From: Bacteroidales bacterium | GTDB lineage: Bacteria; Bacteroidota; Bacteroidia; Bacteroidales; UBA7960 | NCBI GenBank assembly: GCA_041687035.1 | Contig: JAWLCS010000008.1 | Span: forward strand, 12,605 to 76,604 | Length of the DNA stretch: 64,000 nt | Reading direction: 5' to 3' | Part shown: positions 1 through 10,040 of the stretch, piece by piece | How the letters are laid out: the number at the start of each line of letters is the position of its first letter | Numbering within the stretch: position 1 is the stretch's first letter | The notes under the pieces: model-generated | Database searches by the model: none | What the model was told of the DNA's origin: nothing | What the model saw: the letters and a program-made list of their open reading frames with translations, nothing else | Position numbers and translations under genes: made by a program

Positions 1-62
1 ACACCAAATTAATACTTGATGGATTGGATGTGGATGCCATCGTAAATCATTACAATTGATTC

Positions 63-1253
63 ATGGAAAACATTATCTGGACATCGGGCCATTCGCTGAA
101 ATTCGGCAATATCATACATTCCGATAATTGCTTTATCCTTGATGAAAATGGCAAGCGGCTGGTCGATCTTGAATCGGGCGTATGGTGCACCTCGGTGGGG
201 CACAACAACAAAAGGATCAACAAGCTGATTACTTCACAAATTAACCGTATCACCCACACCGGATTTTGTTACTGCCATCCGGCCGTTTCTGAAGTTTCAC
301 AAAAGGTACTAGAGATAACCGGATTAACAGGAGGAAAATGCGAGTTTCTTTGTTCAGGAAGCGAAGCCGTTGAGTTTGGGATGCGAATTGCAAGGAGCAT
401 TGTTGAAAATCCCCTGGCCTTTACTTTCAGTGACTCCTATTTTGGAGCTTACGGCGAAGCCGCCAAAAGGCCAAAAGACACCTGGTTTGTTTACAATCGT
501 CTTCAGTGCGGATGTGCCACCGTGGAAACAGGTTGTCAGGGTGAATGTACTGAATTTCAGACTATTCCCTTTGAAGAAATCGGGATCTTCCTTTTCGAGC
601 CGGGCAGTTCTTCGGGTATGGTTAGGTTTCCGTCGGTTGAGTTGATTCAGAAAGTGGCGGCAAGAGTCAGGGCGAACGGCGGTCTGGTAATGGCAAATGA
701 AATAACCACCGGGGCAGGAAGAACCGGGAAATGGTTTGGGTATCAGCATTACTACATTCTGCCCGATATTGTGGCGATGGGTAAGGGAATTGGCAATGGT
801 TACCCGGTGAGCATTACGGCCATATCTGCTGACGTAGCAAAGAAATTGAGTGAAACCAGCTTTCTCTATGCACAGTCACACCAGAACGACCCCCTTGGGG
901 CAATGGTGGCAGGGGAAGTAATCAGCATAATTAATGAAGATCAACTTCTGGAGAAATGCAATGAAATGGGAAGTTTCCTTCTGGAATCGCTGAGAAGAAT
1001 GAAGAAGGAATTTCCGGTTATTAAAGAGGTAAGGGGGCGTGGCTTGATGATGGCCATTGAATTCGAGCAAGATGCACTCTGGATTTATGAAGAGTTACTG
1101 AAAAAGGGATTTGTCGTTTGCTGGCGTCCCAATACCGAAGTGCTCCGACTCGACCCGGCATTAACGGTTAGAATGAAAACCATTGTTGATTTTCTCAACG
1201 CCTTTGGCCAGGTGTTGGAAACCGTTTCAGAAAAAAAGCATAGTGTCTGTTAA
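63..1253 (+). CDS. Class-III PLP-dependent aminotransferase, substrate unassigned
   Basis: 396-aa ORF. The block ANEITTGAGRTGKWF...PDIVAMGKGIGNGYPVS matches the class-III aminotransferase signature (DExxTGxGRTG ... PDI ... K.xGxGxP). The Lys in MGKG is the expected PLP lysine. Confidence 0.8.
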   Translation: MENIIWTSGHSLKFGNIIHSDNCFILDENGKRLVDLESGVWCTSVGHNNKRINKLITSQINRITHTGFCYCHPAVSEVSQKVLEITGLTGGKCEFLCSGSEAVEFGMRIARSIVENPLAFTFSDSYFGAYGEAAKRPKDTWFVYNRLQCGCATVETGCQGECTEFQTIPFEEIGIFLFEPGSSSGMVRFPSVELIQKVAARVRANGGLVMANEITTGAGRTGKWFGYQHYYILPDIVAMGKGIGNGYPVSITAISADVAKKLSETSFLYAQSHQNDPLGAMVAGEVISIINEDQLLEKCNEMGSFLLESLRRMKKEFPVIKEVRGRGLMMAIEFEQDALWIYEELLKKGFVVCWRPNTEVLRLDPALTVRMKTIVDFLNAFGQVLETVSEKKHSVC

Positions 1254-1265
1254 TATCTTTCGGGC

Positions 1266-2261
1266 TTACCTTGCCCTGCCCCTGAGCAGTACCTTTTGCC
1301 CGGGTTGCGGCTGCTGCCATGCCTGCATTCCATTGCGGCTAAGCAGCTGATCGAGCCTGATACCGTGGAGCTGGGCAATGTCGTACAAGGTTTCGCCGGG
1401 TTGTGCAACATGCACGGCCTTTGTGCCTTGCTTGCGCTTGGGCTGAAGGTATACAATCTGTCCGGGTTTGATGGTGCGCCCGTTTTCCAGCTCATTGTAA
1501 CGCTCGATTTGCCAGGCACGCATGCTCATCTCTTCGGCAATGCGTTCGGGGGTGTCGCCCTGGCGGGCTAAAATGTATTTTACGCGGTTGTTGGTCTGCA
1601 CGGTTCTGACGGCCTCGAAGGATACTGGCGCAAAATCCTCAACCGTTTGTGTGCGTGCCGGCCTTGCGGGGCGGCTGCTGGCATTGCGGAGGTTAGGGGA
1701 TGCAGGCAGCTCGGCCAGCATATTCATGGCCATTTTGTCGTATTGGGAAAGGTTGTTTTCTTCAATAACCCTGATCAGCAATTGGGCATAACGCGGATTG
1801 GTGGCATAACCGGCACGGCGCAATCCATGCGCCCAGGCCTTATAATCAGTGGGATCGAGCTCAAAAAGAGGTGCATACCAAGGGCGGGTGCGTAAAAACT
1901 GCGAATGATCACGAAATGATTCGACGGGGTCGTTATAGGCGCGAAAGCATTCATTCTTGGCATCGTCGTCCTGCAAAACCGAACGGCCGGTCCAGCCATT
2001 GCATTTTATACCAAAATGATTGTTGGCCCGGGTGGCCAGTTCGCTGTTGCCAAATCCTGATTCCAAAATACCCTGCGCCAGCTTGATACTGGCAGGGATG
2101 CCGTTGGTGCGCATTTCTTCTATGGCAATGTCGCGGTATGTTTCAATGTATTCTTCGCGGGTAAACCTGCGCTGGCCATTTGCATAGCCTTGCAGTATCA
2201 GGCAAAACAATACGGTAAACACAAAAAGTCTTTTTAGCAAGGCTTTAGTCGAATATCGCAT
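1266..2261 (-). CDS. Exported peptidoglycan hydrolase: N-acetylglucosaminidase domain plus two C-terminal LysM domains
   Basis: Signal peptide (LFVFTVLFCLILQGYA). Glucosaminidase core is IPASIKLAQGILESGFGNSELATRANNHFGIKC. Two LysM-like repeats are YILARQGDTPERIAEEM and VHVAQPGETLYDIAQLHGIRLDQLLSRNG. Confidence 0.8.
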   Translation of the reverse strand: MRYSTKALLKRLFVFTVLFCLILQGYANGQRRFTREEYIETYRDIAIEEMRTNGIPASIKLAQGILESGFGNSELATRANNHFGIKCNGWTGRSVLQDDDAKNECFRAYNDPVESFRDHSQFLRTRPWYAPLFELDPTDYKAWAHGLRRAGYATNPRYAQLLIRVIEENNLSQYDKMAMNMLAELPASPNLRNASSRPARPARTQTVEDFAPVSFEAVRTVQTNNRVKYILARQGDTPERIAEEMSMRAWQIERYNELENGRTIKPGQIVYLQPKRKQGTKAVHVAQPGETLYDIAQLHGIRLDQLLSRNGMQAWQQPQPGQKVLLRGRAR

Positions 2262-2416
2262 GGAGGATTATAGTTTATTGTTTTGTAATGATACGGCATT
2301 CTTCAAGCAAACGTTTCAAAGAAAATATTATTTTTTTGGTGCAGAAGGCTTGACAGCTTTCATTAGCTTTGTGTTCGGGATATTTGCCGGTTGTTGATCC
2401 GCCACATGACCAACCT

Positions 2417-3049
2417 ATGGAAGAAATAAAAAAGTATTTTCCGGAACTGCAAGCCACTCATTACGAGCGTTTTGATGCTTTGCTTCCCTTGTATACGGAG
2501 TGGAATCAACGTATCAATTTGATTTCCCGCAAGGACATGGAGAATTTTTGCGTGCATCATGTGCTGCACTCATTGGGAATTGCCAAGGCCATTCAGTTTC
2601 AGTCCGGCACCAGGGTAATGGATGTGGGTACCGGCGGTGGATTTCCGGGCATTCCACTGGCTATTCTTTTCCCGGAAACGGAATTTCTCTTGGTAGATTC
2701 CATTGGCAAAAAGATAAAAGTTGTGAATGAGGTGGCTGCGGCCCTGGGCTTGAAAAACATGCAAACCCGCCATGCACGTGCCGAAGAGATCGATAATAGT
2801 TTCGATTTTGTGGTGAGCCGCGCTGTAACCGCCCTACCAACATTTGTTGGCTGGGTAAAAGATAAAATTAAACCAGCGGGAAAGAATAACCTGCCCAATG
2901 GTATCCTTTACCTGAAAGGGGGCGATTTTGAGGATGAGTTGAAGCAGGTGAAAATGCCGTTCCATGTTTTTGAGCTTAGTCATTGGTTCGATGAGCCCTT
3001 TTTCGAGACAAAAAAACTGGTTCATCTTAGTCCCTTCCGGTCGAAATAA
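2417..3049 (+). CDS. rsmG: 16S rRNA (guanine527-N7)-methyltransferase RsmG
   Basis: The ORF-track start at 2369 is a TTG. I prefer the ATG at 2417 (MEEIKKYF), which gives about 210 aa. SAM-binding motif VMDVGTGGGFPGIPLAI followed by LVDSIGKK is typical of GidB/RsmG. Confidence 0.85.
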   Translation: MEEIKKYFPELQATHYERFDALLPLYTEWNQRINLISRKDMENFCVHHVLHSLGIAKAIQFQSGTRVMDVGTGGGFPGIPLAILFPETEFLLVDSIGKKIKVVNEVAAALGLKNMQTRHARAEEIDNSFDFVVSRAVTALPTFVGWVKDKIKPAGKNNLPNGILYLKGGDFEDELKQVKMPFHVFELSHWFDEPFFETKKLVHLSPFRSK

Positions 3050-3073
3050 TTTCCCCGTAAGGGAAAATTTTAA

Positions 3074-3081
3074 TATATTTG
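3074..3081 (+). promoter_or_regulatory. Candidate -7 promoter box for recA
   Basis: TATATTTG lies 47 nt upstream of the recA ATG. Confidence 0.35.
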
Positions 3082-3127
3082 AAATTCAGGAAAGTTCGAA
3101 TTAATCCATTGAAATATAATCATTTGT

Positions 3128-4144
3128 ATGAGTAAAGAAAAGGAAAAACCCCAGAATGCCGAAAAACTGAAGGCCCTTCAGCTCACGCTTGACAAGATTG
3201 AAAAATCGTACGGCAAGGGCACTATAATGAAACTTGGCGACTCGGCCGTTGTGCCTGTTGAGGCTATCAGTACGGGCTCACTCACCCTCGACATTGCCCT
3301 TGGCACGGGCGGCCTTCCGCGTGGGCGTGTGGTTGAAATCTACGGACCGGAATCTTCCGGTAAAACCACCCTGGCCATTCATGCCATTGCAGAAGCTCAA
3401 AAAGCCGGTGGCATTGCTGCTTTCATTGATGCAGAAAACGCTTTCGACAGCAACTACGCAAAAAAACTGGGCGTGGACATTGAAAACCTATTGGTTAGCC
3501 AGCCCGATAATGGTGAGCAGGCACTGGAAATTGCCGAGAACCTGATCCGCTCGGGTGCCATCGATATTATTGTGATTGACTCGGTGGCAGCGCTCACACC
3601 CAAAAGCGAGATTGAAGGCGAGATGGGCGACTCAAAAATGGGTCTCCAGGCCAGGCTTATGTCGCAGGCTTTGAGAAAACTTACAGGAACGATTAACAAA
3701 ACCGGTTGCTGCTGCATTTTCATAAATCAGCTGCGCGAAAAGATCGGGGTCATGTTTGGCAACCCCGAAACCACCACTGGCGGTAATGCGCTTAAGTTTT
3801 ATGCTTCAGTGCGCCTCGATATCAGGCGTATTTCGCAAATCAAGGAAGGCGACAGCGCCGTGGGTAACCGTACCCGCGTGAAGGTGGTAAAGAACAAATT
3901 GGCGCCCCCGTTTCGTCAGGCAGAATTTGATATTATTTTCGGTCTTGGCATTTCTAAAGTGGGTGAAATCATCGACCTGGCCGTCGATCACAATATCATT
4001 AAGAAATCCGGATCATGGTTCAGCTATGGCGAAACCAAGCTGGGGCAGGGCCGCGACGCCGTGAAACAACTGCTGCTTGACAATCCCGAACTTTCTGAGG
4101 AAGTGGAAAACAAAATAAAGGATGCGCTGAAAATAGGTGTATAA
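3128..4144 (+). CDS. recA: Recombinase RecA
   Basis: 338 aa. Walker [19 protein letters not shown]-like [10 protein letters not shown]2 region [35 protein letters not shown]. Unmistakable RecA. Confidence 0.97.
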   Translation: MSKEKEKPQNAEKLKALQLTLDKIEKSYGKGTIMKLGDSAVVPVEAISTGSLTLDIALGTGGLPRGRVVEIYGPESSGKTTLAIHAIAEAQKAGGIAAFIDAENAFDSNYAKKLGVDIENLLVSQPDNGEQALEIAENLIRSGAIDIIVIDSVAALTPKSEIEGEMGDSKMGLQARLMSQALRKLTGTINKTGCCCIFINQLREKIGVMFGNPETTTGGNALKFYASVRLDIRRISQIKEGDSAVGNRTRVKVVKNKLAPPFRQAEFDIIFGLGISKVGEIIDLAVDHNIIKKSGSWFSYGETKLGQGRDAVKQLLLDNPELSEEVENKIKDALKIGV

Positions 4145-4167
4145 ACTTATTTTATTGTCATAAACAG

Positions 4168-4191
4168 AAGGGGCTTTAGGCCCCTTTTTTT
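4168..4191 (+). terminator. Intrinsic terminator after recA
   Basis: AAGGGGC-TTTA-GGCCCCTT hairpin followed by a T-run, about 25 nt after the recA stop. Confidence 0.8.
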
Positions 4192-4233
4192 ATGTTATTT
4201 AAAATTGTTTTAAATAAAAGTGAATTACAGTCG

Positions 4234-4259
4234 ATATTAACCCTTCGCAGGGTTAATAT
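4234..4259. repeat. Perfect 10-bp palindrome hairpin upstream of the CHAT operon promoter
   Basis: ATATTAACCC-TTCGCA-GGGTTAATAT. No T-run follows, so it is not an obvious terminator. Confidence 0.6.
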
Positions 4260-4272
4260 ATCATTTAATTTG

Positions 4273-4280
4273 TATATTTG
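4273..4280 (+). promoter_or_regulatory. Candidate -7 promoter box for the CHAT operon
   Basis: TATATTTG lies 56 nt upstream of the ATG at 4336. Confidence 0.35.
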
Positions 4281-4335
4281 ACGTTCTGGGCATTTATTAT
4301 TGATTTTCAAGGAATTAATATAAATAAGTAGAACC

Positions 4336-5205
4336 ATGAATATTAAACGATTTTTTCGCTCATTGCTCCTTGTTGCCTTTATTGTTCCTTGTGCTGCTTT
4401 TTCTGCAATTCCTTACGAAGTAGTAATGGTTAGGGGAAAAGTGCATTATGATGGCATAGAACTGAAGCGAGGCGACCGGCTGGAATTGCCTGATTTGGAT
4501 GAGGCTGCCAATATGCAGGCCGAAATAAAAAACATTGAATTTGGTTCGCCAGCCGATGTTTTGCACCTGCTCGATGTGGGCCGCCGAAAGATTGTGGTGG
4601 TGCCCGCCCAGGCTGTGCGGCCAGGCAGAGACCTGATGTTGGCCACTCGCGGCATAAAATACATTCGCAGCGATTTTGAGTTTCAGCGGGCTTTTGCTCC
4701 CGGCGAATCGGTTATTGCGCTTCTTTCAGAAGATACCCTCATTTGCCGTGGGCTGCAAGAATACCGGTTTACGGGGGATGAGGTACTGGTTGCGAGTTTT
4801 GTATTTCAGGATGAGGAAATTACTAACCTCATTGGCCGAAATGATACTCTCTTTCTTACCCGGGATCGATTATTCGGCATTGAAACTGATCAAGGGCGGC
4901 ACATAATAAACTCATTTGAGGTGTCGGATATATCATTGTTTCTGGTAAAACGCGATAGCCTCGGAATTGCTGCCCGGCAGCTTGACATTCAGCCTTTCAG
5001 CCTTTATTTTATCGACGACATGATTCATTATTTTGTGGCGGTAAGGTATGATGAGTTGGGTATGGATCAGACGACCATTTACAATTTGCTGGTGCCAAAT
5101 TTTATAACAGAACGACAAATACAGCGCGAATACAGTTTGCTGACCCCTGAAGAGGCCCGTCAATGGTTAATGGAAAAAATTGAATCAGCCCTTTCAGCCC
5201 AATAA
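4336..5205 (+). CDS. Secreted hypothetical protein, first gene of the CHAT operon
   Basis: 289 aa with a signal peptide (LLLVAFIVPCAAFSA). The N-terminal stretch VVMVRGKVHYDGIELKRGDRL is only weakly reminiscent of FecR-type beta-sandwich sensors. It ends 12 nt before the CHAT gene. Confidence 0.6.
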   Translation: MNIKRFFRSLLLVAFIVPCAAFSAIPYEVVMVRGKVHYDGIELKRGDRLELPDLDEAANMQAEIKNIEFGSPADVLHLLDVGRRKIVVVPAQAVRPGRDLMLATRGIKYIRSDFEFQRAFAPGESVIALLSEDTLICRGLQEYRFTGDEVLVASFVFQDEEITNLIGRNDTLFLTRDRLFGIETDQGRHIINSFEVSDISLFLVKRDSLGIAARQLDIQPFSLYFIDDMIHYFVAVRYDELGMDQTTIYNLLVPNFITERQIQREYSLLTPEEARQWLMEKIESALSAQ

Positions 5206-5217
5206 TTCCTTTTTGCT

Positions 5218-8200
5218 ATGAAAAACCTCCTCCTGGTTTTTGTTCCTGTTCTTTTGTTATCGATTTCAACTTCTGGCATTTCGCAGACAAGCGGTGACGG
5301 CATGCGCGTGGGCCGCGATGCCAATGGCAACATTAACAATGCCATGTATTATAAAGGTGGGCAGCCGCTTACCCATTGGGTTCAAACCCAAAATATTACA
5401 CAATTTAATGGGCAGTGGTCGGCACAAAAAATTATTGACTACCTGAACCAAGCCCTGGATATTAATCTCGATATGTCGCTGGCCACCTCCATTTGCCTGG
5501 AGCGCATCGGTGACAATTACCTGGAAACCAGTAAGGATTTTAATAATACCGAGAAATTTTACCTCGCCGCCACCAGCATTCTCGAAGAAATGGGCAATAC
5601 CACACGGGCCGGGTATATGTATTACTATCTGGGTTTATTGTATCACGATTTCAACAGACCACCAAAGGCCGAAACGTATTACGGCAAGGCGCTCGATGTT
5701 TATTCCGTTTTGCCCAATCCTTTCCAAAGCGGCTATTCGACTATTCTTACCCGTATTTATGAAAAATACAAAGAGCAAAATGATTTTAAAAAGGGCACTC
5801 CTTACCTGGAAACCTTTGCCGAACTTGTAAAAAGCGCGCTGGGTGAAGATCATGAGCAAATGGTGGCAGTTTATATTCATTTGGGTGATGCCTACTGGAA
5901 TGAAGGGCGAAAGGAGGAGGCCATTGAAAATTACCTGAAAAGCATACCACTTGTCAGGAATAAATATGGAGCGACTTCAAATGAATATTTTGAAGTTGCG
6001 AAAGCCTATGCAGATCGCTTTTGGAATGAGGGTTACAAAAAGCAGGCAGAACCTCTATATGTTGAACTGATTGAAAATAAACAGGTTGAGAGCTTTTCTG
6101 ATAAAATGAAAATAGACAGTCAGCTCCTTGAATATTACACCGAAACGCTTGAGTGGAACAAAATGATTCCTGCTGCCGAGCGCTTAAAGGATGCCATGCA
6201 GAATATGCCAAGAGGCTACTCTATTCTTTTTTTGGGAAAGCAAAAGGGAGCATACCATGACATGGTCAATGTGTTGGGTACTTTATATTCAATGGTTGGT
6301 GAATATGATACCGCCGAAAGGTATTTTTTGGAATACCTGGATGCCATGAAAAGTTCGCGCTCAAGTAAAACCGAAGAGATCGGATCTACGCTTATAAACC
6401 TGGCTATGGTTTACACAAAAATGTATAACCTTGAAAAGGCCAAGTCGCATGTTTCTGAAGGCATGGCCATGCTTGAGCAGATCGGAAAAACGGACCTTGA
6501 TGTTTATGCCTCAGGCCTGAGTATTCTTGGAGGCATAGCCATGTTTGAGGGCGAATTTGACAGGGCTGAGGAGTTCTTGCTGAAAAGCCAGGCTTCGGCG
6601 CCCCGTGGCGGCATTTACGAGCCTGATTACGCCGTTGGAATGGGTACTTTGGCCACTATTTATTGGTACAAGGGAGAGCTTGATAAGGCTGAGACAACCT
6701 ATCTGGAAGCCATTGAAATATTTGAAGATTCTGGCTACACAAATTTGAGAGAGTATGCAAACGTAATGGGTAACCTTTCAATGGTTTATTCAAAAACACG
6801 AGATTTTGAGAGTGCCCTTAAATGGAATGAGAAAGCAATTATTGCCCAGACCTCTATTGGAGATACAAACCACCCCGATTTCCTACCAAAAAAACTAAAT
6901 CATTCAATGTATCTCGAAGGGCTGGGTAGACTTAGTGTGTCAAAGATAGAAGCTTTGGAAAGCAACCGAAAGGTAATTGAAATGGTTGACCAGAATCTAT
7001 TGGTTTGGTCAGAAAAGGAAATGGAGGCTTATATTGACCATAACATTTATAGGTATTTTGATAGCTATCATTCAATGTATTACCGGATGGCAAGGGATTT
7101 TCCTGATGTTGCCGGTCGTGCCTATGACAACCAGCTCTTTCTTAAAGGCTTGCTACTGCAATCTGCTCAAAAAGTACAGCAGGCGCTTGCCGGTAGCAAC
7201 GACCCGGAGTTGCGCCGCATGGCAGAACGCCAAAGGCAATTAAGGGCTGAAATTGAAGCACTCTATGCAATCCCTTTTGATCAACGCAGCCATGACCTCA
7301 ACCGCCTTGAGCAAGAGTTTGATGCCTTACAGAAACAAATTAAGCAGCGATTGGCATATCTCGGGGAACCTATCAACATGCTTATTGCCGAAGAAAATGC
7401 CTTTATTAAAATAAGAAATGCCTTGAAGCCTGGTGAGGCTGCCATAGAGTTTCTTAGCTTTAACTACCTGGATATTATCCGGGAAACCGACTCGGTGTAT
7501 TATTGCGCCCTGGTGCTGCGCCCTGGTTACGATTTTCCTAAAATGGTTTTTCTCACACTGGGCAGTGAGCTCGAACCGCTTATAGAACAGCATCCCGATC
7601 AGATATACGGCACCGAAAATACCGAGCTCTTTTCAAAGATTATTGAACCTTTAGCTCCTTACCTCGAGGGCGTTGAAACCATATATTATTCTCCTGCCGG
7701 GCTTTTACACCGCTTTTCCTTTTCGGCCATTCCCTTGCCAGGTGGTGGTGTGATGTCAGATAAATACCTGCTTCACAACCTGGCTTCAACCCGTACCATC
7801 ATTGCCGAGCACAGGCCTTTTAACGGGCAAACGGGTATGCTATACGGTGGTATTGACTATAATACTGATGCAACAACCCTGGCGCGCCTTTCTGGGAACT
7901 ACCAATACGAAGTGCTGGCCGATGCGTCTCTTGCGGGGGGTACCCGCCATTTCAGAGGTACTGAGTGGACTTACCTGCCCGGCACCCGCTCCGAAGCAGA
8001 GCAAATTAGTCAATTACTCACCCGGGGGCGTATTTACTCGCTGACTATTACCGGGCAAGAAGCAACCGAAGAGTCGTTTAAATCGCTCAGCGGCAAATCA
8101 CCTTCAATAATCCATATTGCCAGCCATGGCTTTAGCTTCCCGCCCGAAGATAAGGACGATTTCAGGCGCGAAATGATGGATAGCCGCTCACTCCAAACGT

Positions 8201-8631
8201 TTACCATTGCCGAGCACCCCTTAATGCGGAGCGGTCTGGTGTTTTCCGGTGCCAACAATACCTGGGCCAGGGGTAATCCGCCCCCTGGCATTGAAGATGG
8301 CATTCTTACAGCATACGAAATGGCCAACCTCGACTTGAGCAGTACCCGGCTGGTGGTGCTTTCGGCCTGCGAAACGGGCCTGGGCGACATTAAGGGCAGC
8401 GAGGGGGTTTTCGGCTTGCAGCGAGCCCTGTTTATGGCAGGTGTGCAAAGCATGGTGGTGTCGCTTTGGGAAGTGCCCGATTTGGAGACCATGGAGCTCA
8501 TGACCTTGTTTTACGGACATCTGGTAGATGGAAAACCGCTCGACACGGCATTCCATCTTGCCAAAGAAGAAATGAAAAGCCGTTATCCGGAACAACCAAG
8601 CCTTTGGGCGGGCTTTGTGCTGATCAGGTAG
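5218..8631 (+). CDS. Exported TPR-repeat protein with C-terminal CHAT (caspase-like) protease domain
   Basis: 1137 aa. Signal peptide MKNLLLVFVPVLLLSISTSGISQ. Many TPR-like repeats, e.g. YYYLGLLYHDFNRPPKAETYYGKALDVY and LINLAMVYTKMYNLEKAKSHVSEG. The C-terminal CHAT domain has the His/Cys dyad contexts IIHIASHGF and VVLSACETGLG. Confidence 0.85.
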   Translation: MKNLLLVFVPVLLLSISTSGISQTSGDGMRVGRDANGNINNAMYYKGGQPLTHWVQTQNITQFNGQWSAQKIIDYLNQALDINLDMSLATSICLERIGDNYLETSKDFNNTEKFYLAATSILEEMGNTTRAGYMYYYLGLLYHDFNRPPKAETYYGKALDVYSVLPNPFQSGYSTILTRIYEKYKEQNDFKKGTPYLETFAELVKSALGEDHEQMVAVYIHLGDAYWNEGRKEEAIENYLKSIPLVRNKYGATSNEYFEVAKAYADRFWNEGYKKQAEPLYVELIENKQVESFSDKMKIDSQLLEYYTETLEWNKMIPAAERLKDAMQNMPRGYSILFLGKQKGAYHDMVNVLGTLYSMVGEYDTAERYFLEYLDAMKSSRSSKTEEIGSTLINLAMVYTKMYNLEKAKSHVSEGMAMLEQIGKTDLDVYASGLSILGGIAMFEGEFDRAEEFLLKSQASAPRGGIYEPDYAVGMGTLATIYWYKGELDKAETTYLEAIEIFEDSGYTNLREYANVMGNLSMVYSKTRDFESALKWNEKAIIAQTSIGDTNHPDFLPKKLNHSMYLEGLGRLSVSKIEALESNRKVIEMVDQNLLVWSEKEMEAYIDHNIYRYFDSYHSMYYRMARDFPDVAGRAYDNQLFLKGLLLQSAQKVQQALAGSNDPELRRMAERQRQLRAEIEALYAIPFDQRSHDLNRLEQEFDALQKQIKQRLAYLGEPINMLIAEENAFIKIRNALKPGEAAIEFLSFNYLDIIRETDSVYYCALVLRPGYDFPKMVFLTLGSELEPLIEQHPDQIYGTENTELFSKIIEPLAPYLEGVETIYYSPAGLLHRFSFSAIPLPGGGVMSDKYLLHNLASTRTIIAEHRPFNGQTGMLYGGIDYNTDATTLARLSGNYQYEVLADASLAGGTRHFRGTEWTYLPGTRSEAEQISQLLTRGRIYSLTITGQEATEESFKSLSGKSPSIIHIASHGFSFPPEDKDDFRREMMDSRSLQTFTIAEHPLMRSGLVFSGANNTWARGNPPPGIEDGILTAYEMANLDLSSTRLVVLSACETGLGDIKGSEGVFGLQRALFMAGVQSMVVSLWEVPDLETMELMTLFYGHLVDGKPLDTAFHLAKEEMKSRYPEQPSLWAGFVLIR

Positions 8632-8649
8632 TTTAAAAAATCAAATGGT

Positions 8650-9927
8650 ATGACCAAGAAAGCTGGTTCGAAACGCAAGCATTCCTTTATTACATCTTTT
8701 GCCCTCCGGATAAAGGGCTTTCCTGCCAAAGCTGTTTTTTTCTTCTTTCCGGAAATTAACTGGAAAAGGGCAGGCTGGTCGGCCTTGCATGCAGCCTGGT
8801 TGATTGCAGTTACCTTGCTATGGCTGGGCTATGTGAATGTAATGGACGGCTTTGGTTTCATGAACGACCATATGAACATGAAAGCCTTTGTGAATGATGT
8901 GATCCTTCGCAAGCCGCCACCACCCGATGTGGCCGAAGATTACCTGTTACTGAATACTTCCAGGAACAATGCGGTGGTACCGCTCGACAACGACAATACC
9001 ATTAACACGGTAATTACCGACCGACGGCTTCTGGCAGAAAAGCTTATGATTCTTGACCAAAACGCCGATCAAATTTCCTATGTAATTTGTGATGTGTTTT
9101 TTGAATTCCCTTCTGACGACCCCCAGGCCGACAGCCTTTTGCAAGAAGTAATACTTAGCCTTTCGGCGAAAAACAAGTTTACTATGGCTGCCTATTTCAA
9201 CGACAGGGAGGAGGAACTGTTAATGCCTGTCTTTGAAGGAAACAGTGGGCTCTCACAATACAGGTCATCCTATCTGAATGAACAGTTCCTTAAATACACA
9301 TTCATACTTTACGGTGGTAAGCATCAGATGCCTTTGCAGGCTTTCGAAAGCGTTTCCCGCAAGGAAATGAAAAGAAAAAAACTTTGGTTTATTCCCTTTT
9401 ACACCATTGATGGGCGCTGGGCGCTCAATACTGTAATACCCGAATTTCGCTACAAGCAGTCTGATTTGGTTGAAGGATTAAATTATATCCACCTGGGGCT
9501 GTTTGAAGATTATTTCATTCGCGACGGGCAGGTGGTGATTATTGGCGATTTCGAAGGTGTTTATGACCTGCATCAAACCATTACGGCCTTTGCTTCCGGT
9601 CCCATTGTGCTGCTCAACGTTTTTGAAGCATTAATGAATGGCGACAATATTATTTCTTTGTCTTATCTGCTTCTGCTCTTCGTGGTATTCTTTTATGTAA
9701 CCTATCACAGCTTCTTTTACAAACGGGAAATTGTTCCCGGCCAAACGCGTTTTCAGCGGGTGGTGGCCTTCATTAAGGGTAAATGGAATTATTTTGTTTT
9801 GCTCGGATTGGTGTATGTTTCAATGGTTTTCTTTAGTCATTACATCCATATTTTAATTTTGCTGAGTTATTTTGGCCTGATTGAAACAGCCGAGGCCATT
9901 ATTAACAGAAGGCAGCAGAGTCAATAA
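8650..9927 (+). CDS. CHASE2-like membrane protein without a recognisable cytoplasmic output domain
   Basis: 425 aa. One N-terminal TM segment (LHAAWLIAVTLLWLGYVNV) precedes an extracytoplasmic region with a CHASE2-like block (ITDRRLLAEKLMILDQNADQISYVICDVFFEFPSDDPQADSLL). Hydrophobic helices follow near the C-terminus (LSYLLLLFVVFFYVTY; FVLLGLVYVSMVFFSHYIHILILLSYFGLI). The protein ends about 15 aa after the last helix. Confidence 0.5.
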   Translation: MTKKAGSKRKHSFITSFALRIKGFPAKAVFFFFPEINWKRAGWSALHAAWLIAVTLLWLGYVNVMDGFGFMNDHMNMKAFVNDVILRKPPPPDVAEDYLLLNTSRNNAVVPLDNDNTINTVITDRRLLAEKLMILDQNADQISYVICDVFFEFPSDDPQADSLLQEVILSLSAKNKFTMAAYFNDREEELLMPVFEGNSGLSQYRSSYLNEQFLKYTFILYGGKHQMPLQAFESVSRKEMKRKKLWFIPFYTIDGRWALNTVIPEFRYKQSDLVEGLNYIHLGLFEDYFIRDGQVVIIGDFEGVYDLHQTITAFASGPIVLLNVFEALMNGDNIISLSYLLLLFVVFFYVTYHSFFYKREIVPGQTRFQRVVAFIKGKWNYFVLLGLVYVSMVFFSHYIHILILLSYFGLIETAEAIINRRQQSQ

Positions 9928-10040
9928 CAGAATTGGCATTATTTCATTTTTAGCTATGATTTTCTTTTCCCCTGCAGGGGAATATTGCTATTTTTATGGC
10001 CGGAAAATTACAGCAATCAACATAAACAAAAACAACAAAC

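Noticed and set aside
9-259. Two short minus-strand ORFs at the left window edge
   Set aside because: They overlap the start of the aminotransferase gene antisense, have no motifs, and are under 70 aa.
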